The notes under the pieces: generated by a model
What the model saw: only the letters and a program-made list of their open reading frames with translations
Told to the model about the DNA's origin: nothing
Database searches by the model: none
Position numbers and translations under genes: made by a program
Part shown: positions 28,230-40,600 of the stretch, piece after piece
How positions within the stretch are numbered: the first letter of the stretch is position 1
Layout: each line of letters starts with the position of its first letter
Source: Octopus vulgaris
Taxonomy: Eukaryota
Length of the DNA: 64,000 nt
Direction: 5' to 3'
Assembly: GCA_951406725.2 (NCBI GenBank)
Contig: OX597828.1
Coordinates: forward strand, 8,866,001-8,930,000

Positions 28230-29152
28230 GGATATGTATATAATTATATATATGAATATATATATACATAATATATATATATATATATATATATATACAT
28301 GTGTACTAATGTAGATATATATATATACATAATATATATATATATATATAAATCTGAATATATTATCATCATCATCATCATCGTCATTGTCGTCGTCTTC
28401 ATCCTCCTCCTCCTAATCATCATCATTAACAATGGGTCTATAGACTTATGTGCTTAAGAGGGGGAGAAGAAAGCTACTTATAAGCATTGAGATGAGTGAC
28501 TAAAGAGAGAATAAATAAATGAATGGACGACGTGAGAAGCCATGTTGCGTATTTTAAATTTTAGATTTTTTCCGTGATAGCTGTCGATTTCTAAAGCGTG
28601 TTCCGACAGACTGATGAATTAAGTTTATATATATATGTATATATATTGGAATGTTTGAAGTTGATGATGCATATATATACACAGGCATACATAATGCATA
28701 TATATATGAAACTACTTACATACATACATGCATGCATGCATATATACAAACATATGCATTTGTCTGCGTGAGCGTGTGTTTGTATACGTGTGTATGCAGA
28801 TATGCTTACAGGAACATATGATTATTACGACGTACATGTATACGTAACTATCCATAAGTACAGAACCTCATTGCTACCGAACAAGGCATATTACTCTTGC
28901 TCCTTTAGGAGATTTACCTATCAGGAGATTCCTATCACAACTAATTAAAGCTTGCCACAGTAAGAAACTAAACTGGTGTAATAACCACTATAACACTTTA
29001 GCAGGTATCATTGCTTTCAATTCACTCAATATGAAATCTTTCAATAAATACTTAATCGGAGTATGTGCGGAACAAGTATACCGTTAGTGTTTGTTTCCTT
29101 GGACAACCCTATAGAATATTTGTTCATTTACCATCACCTACCTTAACATCGA

Positions 29153-29437
29153 TGTGGAGGCGTGTGGCTTAGTCGTTAGGGTATCAGCACTATGATCGTA
29201 AGATTGTGGTTCGATTCCTGGACCGGGTGACAGGTTGTGTTCTTGACCGGGCGACGCATTGTGTTCTTGAGCAAAACACTTCATTTCACGTCGCTGTAGT
29301 CCACTCAGCTGGTAAAAATGAGTAACGCTGCGATGGACTGGCGTCCCGTCCATCTGGGGAACCCATACGCCATAGAATCGAGAAGCCGGGCCCATGAGCC
29401 TAGCTAGGCTTTAAAAGGGCGCATTTATTTATTATTT
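29153..29437 (+). mobile_element. tRNA-derived SINE family 4 with 14-bp TSD
   Basis: A-box tggcttagtcgtt and B-box ggttcgattcc. Internal 24-bp tandem duplication. TSD taccttaacatcga at 29139-29152/29438-29451. Confidence 0.92.
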
Positions 29438-31103
29438 TACCTTAACATCGAGAAAGAAAGATTTTCATCATCTGCACAAATTTTAAAAAAAAAGCGCATT
29501 AAATATTCCATTGCATGAGATTGTAAGTTATGAACTGAGTGAGAAATATATTAAAGATTTAGACTAATAGTACTTGCCTCATTATTAAATTGTTTTAAAG
29601 TATTTATATTAGTCTCAATTCAAGAAAATATTTTAGAAGTATATGGAAGAATGAATGTCGCATAACGTTTCAATCTCTACACCATGTTTTATTTCCTTTT
29701 CCATTCATTTATGCCGTTTTAAGTAAATATGTAATTCAATGAACAGATTTATATTTATTGACCGCTTAGCAACAGATTGAGGTAAGAAAAGTGGATATAC
29801 AAATATATCTAAAATATTGCTTACCGTTAAGGAACGCATAGCTTAATCCATTGCATTATGAGTGTTGCGAACTCATACATTCAAGAACTAAAATACAAAA
29901 CAAAATATAGAAATTAGGCAAAGAGAGGGCAGTAAACCCTGTCAAGAGATGAGAAAATATGGCAGCATCCTTTTACTTCTATATTTATAGTCTGAAACTA
30001 ATCTTAAATATATATGGGAAAAAATAATGTAAAAAAAAAATAATCATAAATGTTTTCCGGGAGAATATATGTGTTTATATTTGCGAAAAAAATATCTAGA
30101 GTCTTATATTCTAGTCATGAATATAATAAAATTACACACTTTGATAAAAATGGAAAGAGTCCTTTCTTCCCGCCGCCAACCATGAAGTTGTTGGATTTTT
30201 CTCCTGAGAGAACGTTTCCCCCGCCCCATATATTTTATAAGAGTACAACCTCCCTCCCTACACAGTTAAGTTTAGCATACTTTGTTTTTTTACTTTCTTT
30301 TTAACCATTGCACTACAGTGGAATTTATGCTAAGATCTCTTCGTGTTCGAGATGAACAATTTTGTCTACACTTTTCGCTATTGCTTCAGGAATTATCATA
30401 AAAATCATTATCATGCACTACCTTTCTTGAACTAGAGTAGTTTTAGTTTAGTTTAAGTTTACACTCGCATCGTTGTTCAGTGAAGTTTTTATTTATATAT
30501 TTCTACCTTTCTCCTCCTTAGTTTTTAGTCTATGGGAATTTACATATTTTAACCATGCGTCATATATATGTATATATTTTATTTCATTATTTTGAGAAGA
30601 AAAAAATAAACATTTCGTATTCTATGGCTGGAAAGTGATTCCATCTTTCCATTTTGAACAACATTCAGATCAGAATATCTAGATATTAATATATTAGGTA
30701 CATTTTGGTCTTGCAACATAGAGGTAAATCAATAATTCAGCGTTAGTCTACAGATTTGAATATAATTTTGCTGAAGCCATTACTACAATTCACTTTCATA
30801 ATCTTGACGTATGCATCTCTAGCACTGTTTATGTATAAATGGTGTAATCTGCTATTTTCTTTGTCGTACTATTATATAGGTTCCTTTATATATGCTTACA
30901 TAAGTGCGAACACACTTTCATTCAAATATTTTATGCCTCTAAGATTTCTACTTTCAACATAATCTTCAGTTTTCAGGTTAAATATATCCAGAAAAAAAGT
31001 TTTATTATAAATTGCTCTTTTTACAGTAGAAACGACAATATTTTGCTGTCTTCAGTTTTCAGATTTACATTTGTTCAAAAAAGTTTCTCTCTCTCTCTCA
31101 CTC

Positions 31104-31157
<54 letters not shown>

Positions 31158-31227
31158 CATACATATATATATAGTTATATATATACACACACACAAATAT
31201 ATATATGTACATACATCCATACATACG

Positions 31228-31304
<77 letters not shown>

Positions 31305-31308
<4 letters not shown>

Positions 31309-31470
31309 CCATAGTGGTGTGTTTACGTCCCCGTAACTTAGTGGTTCGACAAAATAGTAAGATAGAATAAGTACTTGGCTTACAAAGAATATGTTGTGGG
31401 GTCAACTTTTTCGACTAAAGGTGGGCTTCCAGGAAGGCTGCACTCAAATGACTGGAACGAATAAAAGAAT
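31305..31470 (+). mobile_element. SINE family 2, 3' fragment
   Basis: gtgtttacgtccccgtaacttag...tacaaagaat...caaatgactg. Confidence 0.75.
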
Positions 31471-31815
31471 ATATATCTACATTAGTACACATTCGCACAC
31501 ACACCACATACAAATACATAAATACATATAGTAAAACATTTAGTGTAAAAGAGGTATATTTCCTTATTTAAATAGAACTGTGTGAACGTGTTTTAATTGT
31601 TTCTTGTTGTTTTTGTTAATGTTCTATAGCACTATTGGAAGCGACTGTCTAATCCTGACAGAACAATCAATTTCCAATTGTTCTACTGTGCATTTTATAT
31701 CTATGTCTGCATTCCGTAATTCTAAAACACTTCGCTCCTATTTCTACGACATTTTGCTATAGATTGAGGCATCTTTTTTCCCTCTGACCTTTAAATTCAG
31801 ATCAGTCTTGATTGA

Positions 31816-32321
<506 letters not shown>

Positions 32322-32699
32322 GGAGATGATCAAGTCGTGAATATCGCAACTTTCTTTTGGCCACCCTTTTCCAAGAATATATTATCCAATCAGACCTTAT
32401 TTTAAAAGACAGAATCCGGTGATTTTGAAGGAGATTCACACACGATTATATAGATCATCCTTCAGATGATTGGGCATATAGCATTGAAAGTGAGAAAAAT
32501 AACCATGTTTACAAGCTGTACAGAAATTTCAGTTGCATTACTAGTACATTCAGAAGGGAAACTCTATAACTGAAATGGTTCTTATAGTTCCTGGGAAAAT
32601 GGATGATATAAATTTGTGTAAATCTATTTTTGTGCCAAAAAGATGCAAGCCCTACTTTACTAGAGGATGCAGCTTTTTGCATAAATCATTTGTCGGTAT

Positions 32700-33200
32700 G
32701 TGGTATTTCGTTATGAGTCTATAATATATTGTAGTGTAGAGTATATTAGATATTTATACAAGTCCACACCAAGTTCTAATGGGTTAGCAGTGCACTTTAT
32801 ATTATTTCTACAGATATTTAATAGAACATAGAGCCAGCACTGATTTTTGCTACAACGTTTCCTATCGAGACGTCAGCTGTAAACAAACAATGAGACCTAA
32901 GACGAGAATTGGGTAATTGGCATATATGGCATATATCGGGGGATTTTTGCCCCTTCATCAGCACCCATCTTTCCCATTAATTATCCTCGGACACATTGCT
33001 TAAAAAGCCACCATATATATTAAACGCTTTCCCGGAAGCTGGTAGGTAAATACTAATGATTTGGAGGTACGGGTATTTCGTTATGCGACCATAATATACT
33101 ATAAATTATAATAAATGCATTTATAAGTCAACTGTGTCAGCAGTGCATTCTACATTATTTTGTTAAGGTTATTTCTACAAATATCCTATTGAAATTGTGA
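32700..33200 (-). mobile_element. Hammerhead-bearing non-coding element in partial tandem (direct) arrangement
   Basis: ggtatttcgttatg recurs at 32702 and 33072 (370-bp period). Homologous to 8961-9410. Confidence 0.7.
32916..32968 (-). ncRNA. Degenerate hammerhead ribozyme, paralog of 9032-9082
   Basis: AUGGGUG-CUGAUGA-A GGGG CAAAAAUC CCCC-GAUA-UAUG C CAUA-UA; GAAA is mutated to GAUA. Confidence 0.6.
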
Positions 33201-33784
33201 CCAACACTTTGTAGTATATTATAGTTGAACAACGTGTTAACGTCTAAATCTCCCTGAAATTGTAGTCGCCATATAAAAGATGTGATGGTCATGGTTAGAA
33301 TGTCTGTGCTATTAGGCTCAGTAGATTAAGGCTAACTTGTGACTTAAAGTGAACGAAAATATTCATGCACAAAGTTTAGAAGGTAATGATTAAAAAAAAT
33401 ATAACGTAAAGTTTTATATATCCGGGATTTTTGCGCAGTTGGAAAGAAATTTAGTAACTACATTAGTGAGAAAACCATATGAAAATTACGACTAGTATAT
33501 CATTAAGTGTCAGTTTCATTGTATTTGGAAACTCATATTTCGCAATATAAGACTGAGCTTCGGCAAGGGACACAAATTATTGTCTTTTACACAGCAAATT
33601 AGCCATACTTCACTATATTTATTATGGTGTATCGATTGTACTGAGAACTATTGTTTTAAGTACGTTCATTTTGAATGTGGAATATAGTTGTGAAGAGATA
33701 CGAAGATGCTTCATTCAATATTTCTTGTTTGGTGTTATAGAATAGTCTCAGGCCCATGTAAATGGGTAGTGATCCGATTTTCAT

Positions 33785-34200
33785 TTAAAGAGTATGAAGG
33801 ACCAACGATAAAGCAACATCAGTAGAGTGTAGATTAATGTATCTTATCGTTGAATTTATGTTTCTCTTGTCCCTAATTACAAATCTGGCAAATGTCATCT
33901 TTGCAGTCCATACGTTCCGATCCGATATTACGTATTTCCAATAATGGGGATTGAATTCTAATTTTTTGTGCTTTTGGCGATATCTTCCGACTCTTTCCAT
34001 TGTCGTTACTTGTGTGATAGACTTCATAAATAGCCTTTTTCAACGTCAGATCATTCTCCTTGAGTGATTTTAACTGCATTTAAACAATCTTGAATTATCA
34101 GGCTCAGGTCCCCGGCTTCAGCGTAAATTTTACCCACCACCACCACGTGTTTTAGGAGACGCGAACAAATTTTGCGACCGTCGCAATTTACTTGGTTTTA
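33785..34200 (-). mobile_element. Possible decayed Gypsy-type gag remnant
   Basis: QLKSLKENDLTLKKAI and CKDDICQICN (zinc-knuckle-like). Upstream aaattgcgacgg resembles a PBS. Confidence 0.35.
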
Positions 34201-34606
34201 TGTTGTCGTTAAAGGATTGAATGGAGATTTGACTGCTATTTCTAGCAACCCTAATTGTCAAATAAAAGTGTCCACATTGTCACGTTATTGTAGTATTCAG
34301 TAGATATTAGGTAGATATAAGGAATACATGAAATTTAACTACATTTCATAAATACAAGCAGTATGTCTATAAAAAAAGCCTTTCAATTATTGTTGGGTGA
34401 GTGTTAACATATGTAATGTCATGTAAATTAAAAAGCTAATTAAAATAATTGTTCAATAAGAAATGCAATACTTGATATTGAATTATTTTGACTAGTACAG
34501 AGATCAAGCATTTCCAACCTTCTTTTTACACTTCGTCAGTAAATGATAGAGTACACCGTGCATGCCGAAGTATGATAAAGAAATAAAAGGTAAATGAATG
34601 TATATA

Positions 34607-34770
34607 GGCGAAGGCGTGGATGTGTGGTAATAAACTTGCTTTCCCACCATATGATTCCGGCTTCAGTCCCAATGCATGGCACCCTGGGCAAGTGTTCTCT
34701 CCTGTAGCCTCGGACCTACCAATGCTTTGCGGATGGATCTTGTTGACGGTAAACGAAAGAAGACAGTATA
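34607..34770 (+). mobile_element. SINE family 2, 5' half
   Basis: ggcgaaggcgtggatgtgtggtaa...ggcaccctgggcaagtgt matches the 49999 head. Confidence 0.8.
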
Positions 34771-34822
34771 TATATTTATATTCATATATATATATATGAA
34801 TATAAATATATATACTGTCTTC
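34759..34822. repeat. Perfect 64-bp spacerless palindrome centred on (TA)n
   Basis: gaagacagtatatatatttatattcatatata|tatatatgaatataaatatatatactgtcttc. Confidence 0.92.
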
Positions 34823-34844
34823 ATATATATATATATATATATAT

Positions 34845-34981
34845 ATCGTGATGCATATATGCCATTTGAATATGGCTAACCCATAAGGGTGGATGCTACT
34901 GTAGTTTGTAGCCCCAGGAAGATACAGTAGCATCCACCCTTATGGGTTAGCCATATTCAAATGGCATATATGCATCACGAT
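34845..34981. repeat. Perfect 59-bp inverted repeat with 19-nt spacer
   Basis: Arms at 34845-34903 and 34923-34981 are exact reverse complements. Confidence 0.95.
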
Positions 34982-35056
34982 GTGTTACCGCTACTGTTTA
35001 TAACTCGCTCTGAGATTTATCATATATATATATATATATATAAATATATATATATA

Positions 35057-35250
35057 TAAAGATAATCCAAACATGATAGCACAAAAAAAAACACAACAAC
35101 GCGAGGACGTCGAACAAATATGGTATTATTGGACGCTCAGGAAGGAAGGGAAGAAGGAAGGTTTAACGTTTCGAGCAGAGCTCTTCGTCTGAAATATAGG
35201 GGAAGGAAAGATCCAGAGAAGGGAAGACAGAGGGAAAAAATCGCCAACGG
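35057..35250 (-). mobile_element. Short hammerhead-bearing repeat, family B, between (TA)n tracts
   Basis: Homologous to 50965-51150. Confidence 0.7.
35161..35195 (-). ncRNA. Minimal hammerhead-like motif (U4A core mutation)
   Basis: AUUU-CAGACGA-A GAGC UCU GCUC-GAAACGUU/AAAC. Confidence 0.55.
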
Positions 35251-35428
35251 TGTATATATATATGCATATATATATAAAAGGAAATGAAGAAAATGCTGAC
35301 AAAATAATTTAAGTAATTTAAGTAATTTAATTAGGTGAAAGTTATTTTTACCGGTTGCGCATTTGTTATGCTTATCAAAAGATATCTTTTTAAGAGAGAT
35401 AGAGTTCCCTTCTGATAGATTTGTTCCT

Positions 35429-35522
<94 letters not shown>

Positions 35523-35989
35523 CATACATACATACATACATTATATATATATACATAAATATATATATACATATATATATACATACATACATACATACAT
35601 ACATACAAATAGAGTCTGTGTTTCCCCCCTCACCACTTGGCAACTGGTGTTGGTGTTATTACATCCCCGTAACTAGCGGTTAGGAAGAAGGTACCTCTCA
35701 CTCAAATGACTCAAATAAGTATAAGATAAGAATATGTAGCTATAAATATTTCATATTTCAAATAATATATTTCCGAGAGAAATTATGTGCAAATTCTACA
35801 CTTTTAAAAACAAGTGTAGATCAAATTCCATATTGAATGCAAACAATTTCCAACACTTTATAATAAATTATTTTTGCTACGAGAAAAAAAAAATTAATTG
35901 ATAATTTTGTTTTAACTATACATTCCAGTACGGTGTGACACCAGCAAGAGATAGACTGGTATTGGCAAAGAATTGAGATATCAATTTAG

Positions 35990-36160
35990 GAGGAGGGGCA
36001 GGTTGATTATATCGAACCGGGTGCTCAAATGGTATTTATTTTATCGATTCCGAAGTATGAAAGATAAAGAAAGCCACGGTTGAATTTGGCGTAAAGACAT
36101 ACGAAATGCCGTTAAGCATTTGGCTCATAGCGCTAATGATTCTGTCAGCTAACCGCTTTG
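35990..36160 (-). mobile_element. Old SINE family 1 copy
   Basis: ttttatcgattccgaag...gaaatgccgttaagcatttg...gctaatgattctgtcagct. Confidence 0.6.
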
Positions 36161-36454
36161 CATTAAACATATTGCTCCATTGCTTTACTTGAGTATATTG
36201 GAATATTACACAGTAAATATGTGACCAACTACATATGTCAACAGTACCATACATTGTATGTAAGTGTCCTTAGCCATACACTTCTAACGTCTCTTCATGG
36301 CTTATTATGTTGGCAAAATATCTGGGGCAAAAAAGTATGTAACAATCCATCCCTGACGTAGGAAAAATCGTCCAATTCCTTTAATTTGAATTTTGAAGCA
36401 CAAACTTACCATCACACGTCTCTGGAACCTACAACGAATATCGATTCCACATTT

Positions 36455-36640
36455 TGGAACAAGGCCAGCAATTTCAGAGGAGAAAGTAAATTCATTACAA
36501 CAACTCCAATGTTCAACTCGTACTTATTTTATCGACCCCGAAAGGATAAAAGCTGACCTTGGTGAAAATTGAACTCGGAACGTGAATTGGCCGAAATGCA
36601 CTTTATCCGTTGTGCTAATTATTCTGCCAGCACTCCGCCT
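36455..36640 (-). mobile_element. Old SINE family 1 copy
   Basis: tacttattttatcgaccccgaaagg...tgaactcggaacg...tgctaattattctgccag. Confidence 0.7.
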
Positions 36641-37769
36641 CACTTACTGCTAATATTGACACACATGCTTTCCATATATTCTTTATTAGTTTTAAATACA
36701 AAGGGAGATTTATTAAGTTTAAATCATTAGTTTATGTTTTTTAATGTTTTTATAACAAAAAAAAATGTAAAATGAAAGAAAAGCGTTATTAAATAACAGT
36801 AGTATATTATCGTATATTTGATGACTCAGAAAGCTTGAACATTTGTAGCACTAAATTTATACGATGGACGTTAGGATGAATCTAGTAACATTTTAATTCT
36901 CTTGGCCTAATAATATACAATAAAATGTGAGGTGCAGCATCTTAAAGTGGTGTTTCTAATATATGTTTTTAAAGTATCAAATCGTAGCATTGTAGCTACT
37001 AATACGATGCCATTAATTCATGCTTTTGAGTCAACTAATACTATAGTAAATTTGCCAATGACTAGATGCAATATTCAATGTAATTAAACTAGTAGACCCG
37101 GCAGAAAAGTCATCAAAGTTTTACTTTTCCAGTCAACTTAATGTTTTAATGAAAGAGAAGGTAAAAATCTACGACTAGCCGCTAACTTATCCAGGGATCG
37201 ATTACAGATATTTATTCTCACGGAACACATAAAATTGGAGTTAAACATAGTTTTCATGTCCTCTTGTTCAATGGCTTGGAAATGTCCAATATCAATGGAT
37301 GATCGTTTAACTACTCGAATTTCGGGTAACGACAAGCAATTCGGATGAAGAAAATTAAGCAGCAATTGATAAGTGTGATCGAATTATAACGGAGTGTCTG
37401 CAGAAGGCAGATTGTTACTGGGGGCTTTATTACTTAATCACTCGAAAAAGGATGGTAATAAGAAAATTGTAACAGACAGCAGAATTCCTTAAAGTTCGCC
37501 ATGTTGATTTAAACGACACTAATGTAAAGTAAAGGTATTTATCATCTGGAAATAATGAATTGATGAATACAAAAGTATACATTATTATATACAAATATAT
37601 TATACTCATAAACATATATTGGTACATATATAAATACATATCCAGCTATCTATCTGTTTGACTATTCATATAAATATATACAGTCATAGATTTATCGAAT
37701 TTTATCATTTCAGTCACTGAAATTGTTTCAACGCTTATTTGCTAATGTATATATATATTTCAGCTTTTC

Positions 37770-38158
37770 GGTATTTGTTCAGGTTCTTTATGTCGTCAGT
37801 TCAAATTCGCCGAGGATGGCTTTGCATTTCACATTTTGAATATCAATAATATAGGGTTTGCTATATTCAAAGTAGTCAACTGATCTTAAAACTGATGGCT
37901 TTGTGCCAAATTAGAAAGAATTAAGACGTCGGACAAAACGCTTAGCGGTTTTTCGTTCGTCTTAACGTTTTGAGTTCAAATTCCACCGTGGACGACTTTA
38001 CCAATCATCTTTTAGGGGTCGATAAATTAAGTACCAGTGAAACACCGGGGTTGATGTAGTCGAGTTGTCCCCTCCCCCAAAATGTCAGGTTTTGTGCCTT
38101 TAGTAGAAAGGATCATCATCATCACCATCACTATCATCATCATCATTATTATTATTAA

Positions 38159-38250
<92 letters not shown>

Positions 38251-38420
38251 GGTGAACTGGCAGAATCGTTAGCATGTCGAGGTAAATGCTTAGCGATATT
38301 TTGTCTGTCGCTACGTTCTGAGTTCAAAATCCACCTAGATCGACTTTGCCTTTCAGTTTCGATTAAATGAATACCAGTTAAGTAAGCGATTTCAGGCCTT
38401 TTGCCTACAGTAGAAACGAT
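37770..38420 (+). mobile_element. Cluster of three old SINE family 1 copies around an (ATT)n tract
   Basis: B-box-like agttcaaa at ~37800, ~37972 and ~38320; (ATT)n at ~38145-38249. Confidence 0.65.
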
Positions 38421-38449
38421 TATCATTATGATCATTATTTTTATTATTA

Positions 38450-39565
38450 GCGTGTGTGGGCACCGTTTGTGAGGCTTGTCTTTCCGCAGCTCGTCACCTT
38501 GACGTAGCAGCAATCTTGGATGAAAATAAGACCTAAACTGAGCGCCTGGCACTTTAAATGTCAGGCACTAACAGACACTAACAGACCTCTACCAGTCAGG
38601 CAATGGGATTAATTGATGTTCCTCTTTAGAAATGTATAGACGATTAGTGGCGGGAAACTGCGAAGGTTTTCGCGGGAAGACTCTGGGTTCCAACGAGAAC
38701 GAAATGGCTAGTCTTTTCCCGAGGACTATCCGGTCGGGAACTATCATGGGTAATTTCTAAATGTTCTTGACCTGGCAGGGGTACCGGGTGTGAGGCGCTA
38801 CATGTTCGAGATAAACTTTACAGGTACAGATATGCTCTCAGACTGTCTTGTCCGAGGTGCGTGCAGAGTGACGCAACTGTTCTGCACACACTCGGTCAGT
38901 GTCCGGGCATTACTTTCTTGTGGGTGTGTGTGGAACAGCTGCTGTCAGATGTGGGGTGGATCCGTCTGTCGGCTGAGAGTCTAGTGATTATCGCAACGCC
39001 ACTCTCCGTCAATCGGGCGGGCAAGGCAGCTTTCCATTGCCCGATGGCTTTGGCGAATATGGTTGTTTGGTGGACAAAGCTGGAATGCATGAGAATAGAT
39101 ACATACCTATCTGGTAGAACTTCCATTGACTTTGTCAAGTTTCACTTGTAAAGGAGATTGAGAGTGCGGTGGGATGTGCTGCTCTCGAGTGAGTTTATTG
39201 AAAGATGGGTGAAACTTGCGAAAATGACTAGAGTGAAGCAATTGAAGGGGGCACTTGCTCCTGGTTTTTCCGTGAAATCTCGTACAATGCGCTTCCTCGA
39301 TTATCCGTAGAGGTCTTCCTGTATCAGGAGGGCCTCTTCTCTATCATCTTCCTCACCACTTTCTTCTAAAACCTTTGTATGCTATGCATATGTCCTTTCT
39401 TTTTCAGTCTATATCGTATTCTTTGTTTCGTATTCTTTCTCTCTATCACTCTTTTTTTCTTTCTTTCTCTATTTTTATATCATTTCATTATATGTAAAAC
39501 CCCACACTTTGTGCCTGTCTTTGTATTATCCTCCTCATCCCTCGCATTTGTGGCAAATAAATTAA
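38450..39565 (+). mobile_element. L1/Tx1-like LINE ORF2 3' portion, decayed
   Basis: Zinc finger CPRCVQSDATVLHTLGQCP in a GC-richer block, pyrimidine-rich 3' UTR, and aataaa before the microsatellite. Confidence 0.7.
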
Positions 39566-39620
39566 ATCATCATCATAATCATCATTGTTGTTGTTGTTGT
39601 TGTTGTTGTTTTTGTTGTTG

Positions 39621-39692
<72 letters not shown>

Positions 39693-39693
39693 T

Positions 39694-39785
39694 AGGCAGC
39701 AAGCTGGCAGAATCTTTAGCATTCCTGGCAAAATACGTAGCGGCATTTCGCTCGTCGCTACGTTCCGAGTTCAAATTCCGCTGAT
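39694..39785 (+). mobile_element. SINE family 1 head fragment
   Basis: ggcagcaagctggcagaatctttagc...gagttcaaattccg. Confidence 0.7.
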
Positions 39786-39789
39786 GCTG

Positions 39790-40600
39790 TCCTGGTAATT
39801 CCTTGTAGGTAGGCACTGATATTGGGCTGATAAGATGAACACTTCTGTCTCTGATTTTAAGCCAGAAGACATTAACCATTGATAGATAAGTACTTTGTCA
39901 ACATCGGAATTATTAGCTCTGGTTTTGAATTTGCCATTTATCAGTAAGAATATCCAAAGTAGCAGTTTTTATCCGGGTTTTCATACGCTCATCTTTTTCT
40001 GTGCTTGTTTCCAGTACGTCTAATTCTAGGATTTGTTTTATTTGAAATTCACTTAGATATCTCTTTGCCTGTTTTGATACTGAGTGTGATGTTTTCTTGT
40101 CATCCAGTCATCAGAATTTTTGAGGTAAGTGTTTAGGCCGATTGTGGCAATCTTCATTGTTAATTCCAGTTGTAAAATTTCACGGCCACCTTCTTCTCTT
40201 GGCAGGTAGTATCGTTCTTTCTGCCTTAGAGTGGTGCTACACGTCCTACGAAGAGGCAATTCACTACAGTTACCTACTTGGAAGTTGGCGTTAGTGGTTC
40301 TTAGAGCTCCATTCCATCTCCCTTTTTCCTAAGCCACATTCAAGTGTAAGTCTTGTATTCTCCTTCGATTTCTCTGAAGTATTACCTGTCCATCGTTTTC
40401 GCCTTTCAGTTGATCAATCATGGGTGTCAATCTTGCTTATATTGCGTGTGTCATATTTTCGCTACGTCTTGTTGCTCTTTCGAGCAACGACCAAAGGTAC
40501 AATCTGCTGTTTGGCGTATCATCTCAGACTGTTTTCTTCATTGACAACACAGTTCTTACCTCCTATCTCTTCATTTTAATCTTCCAACCCTTGTACTCGA
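39790..40600 (-). mobile_element. Two joined R4/Dong-like post-RT fragments
   Basis: ERYYLPREEGGREILQLE...IGLNTYLK (40053-40220) and KAKTMDR*YFREIEGEYKTYT*MWLRK (~40320-40410). Confidence 0.7.

Noticed and set aside
29153-29230. tRNA-like A and B boxes here and in other SINE heads
   Set aside because: They continue into SINE bodies with TSDs or multiple copies, so they are not tRNA genes
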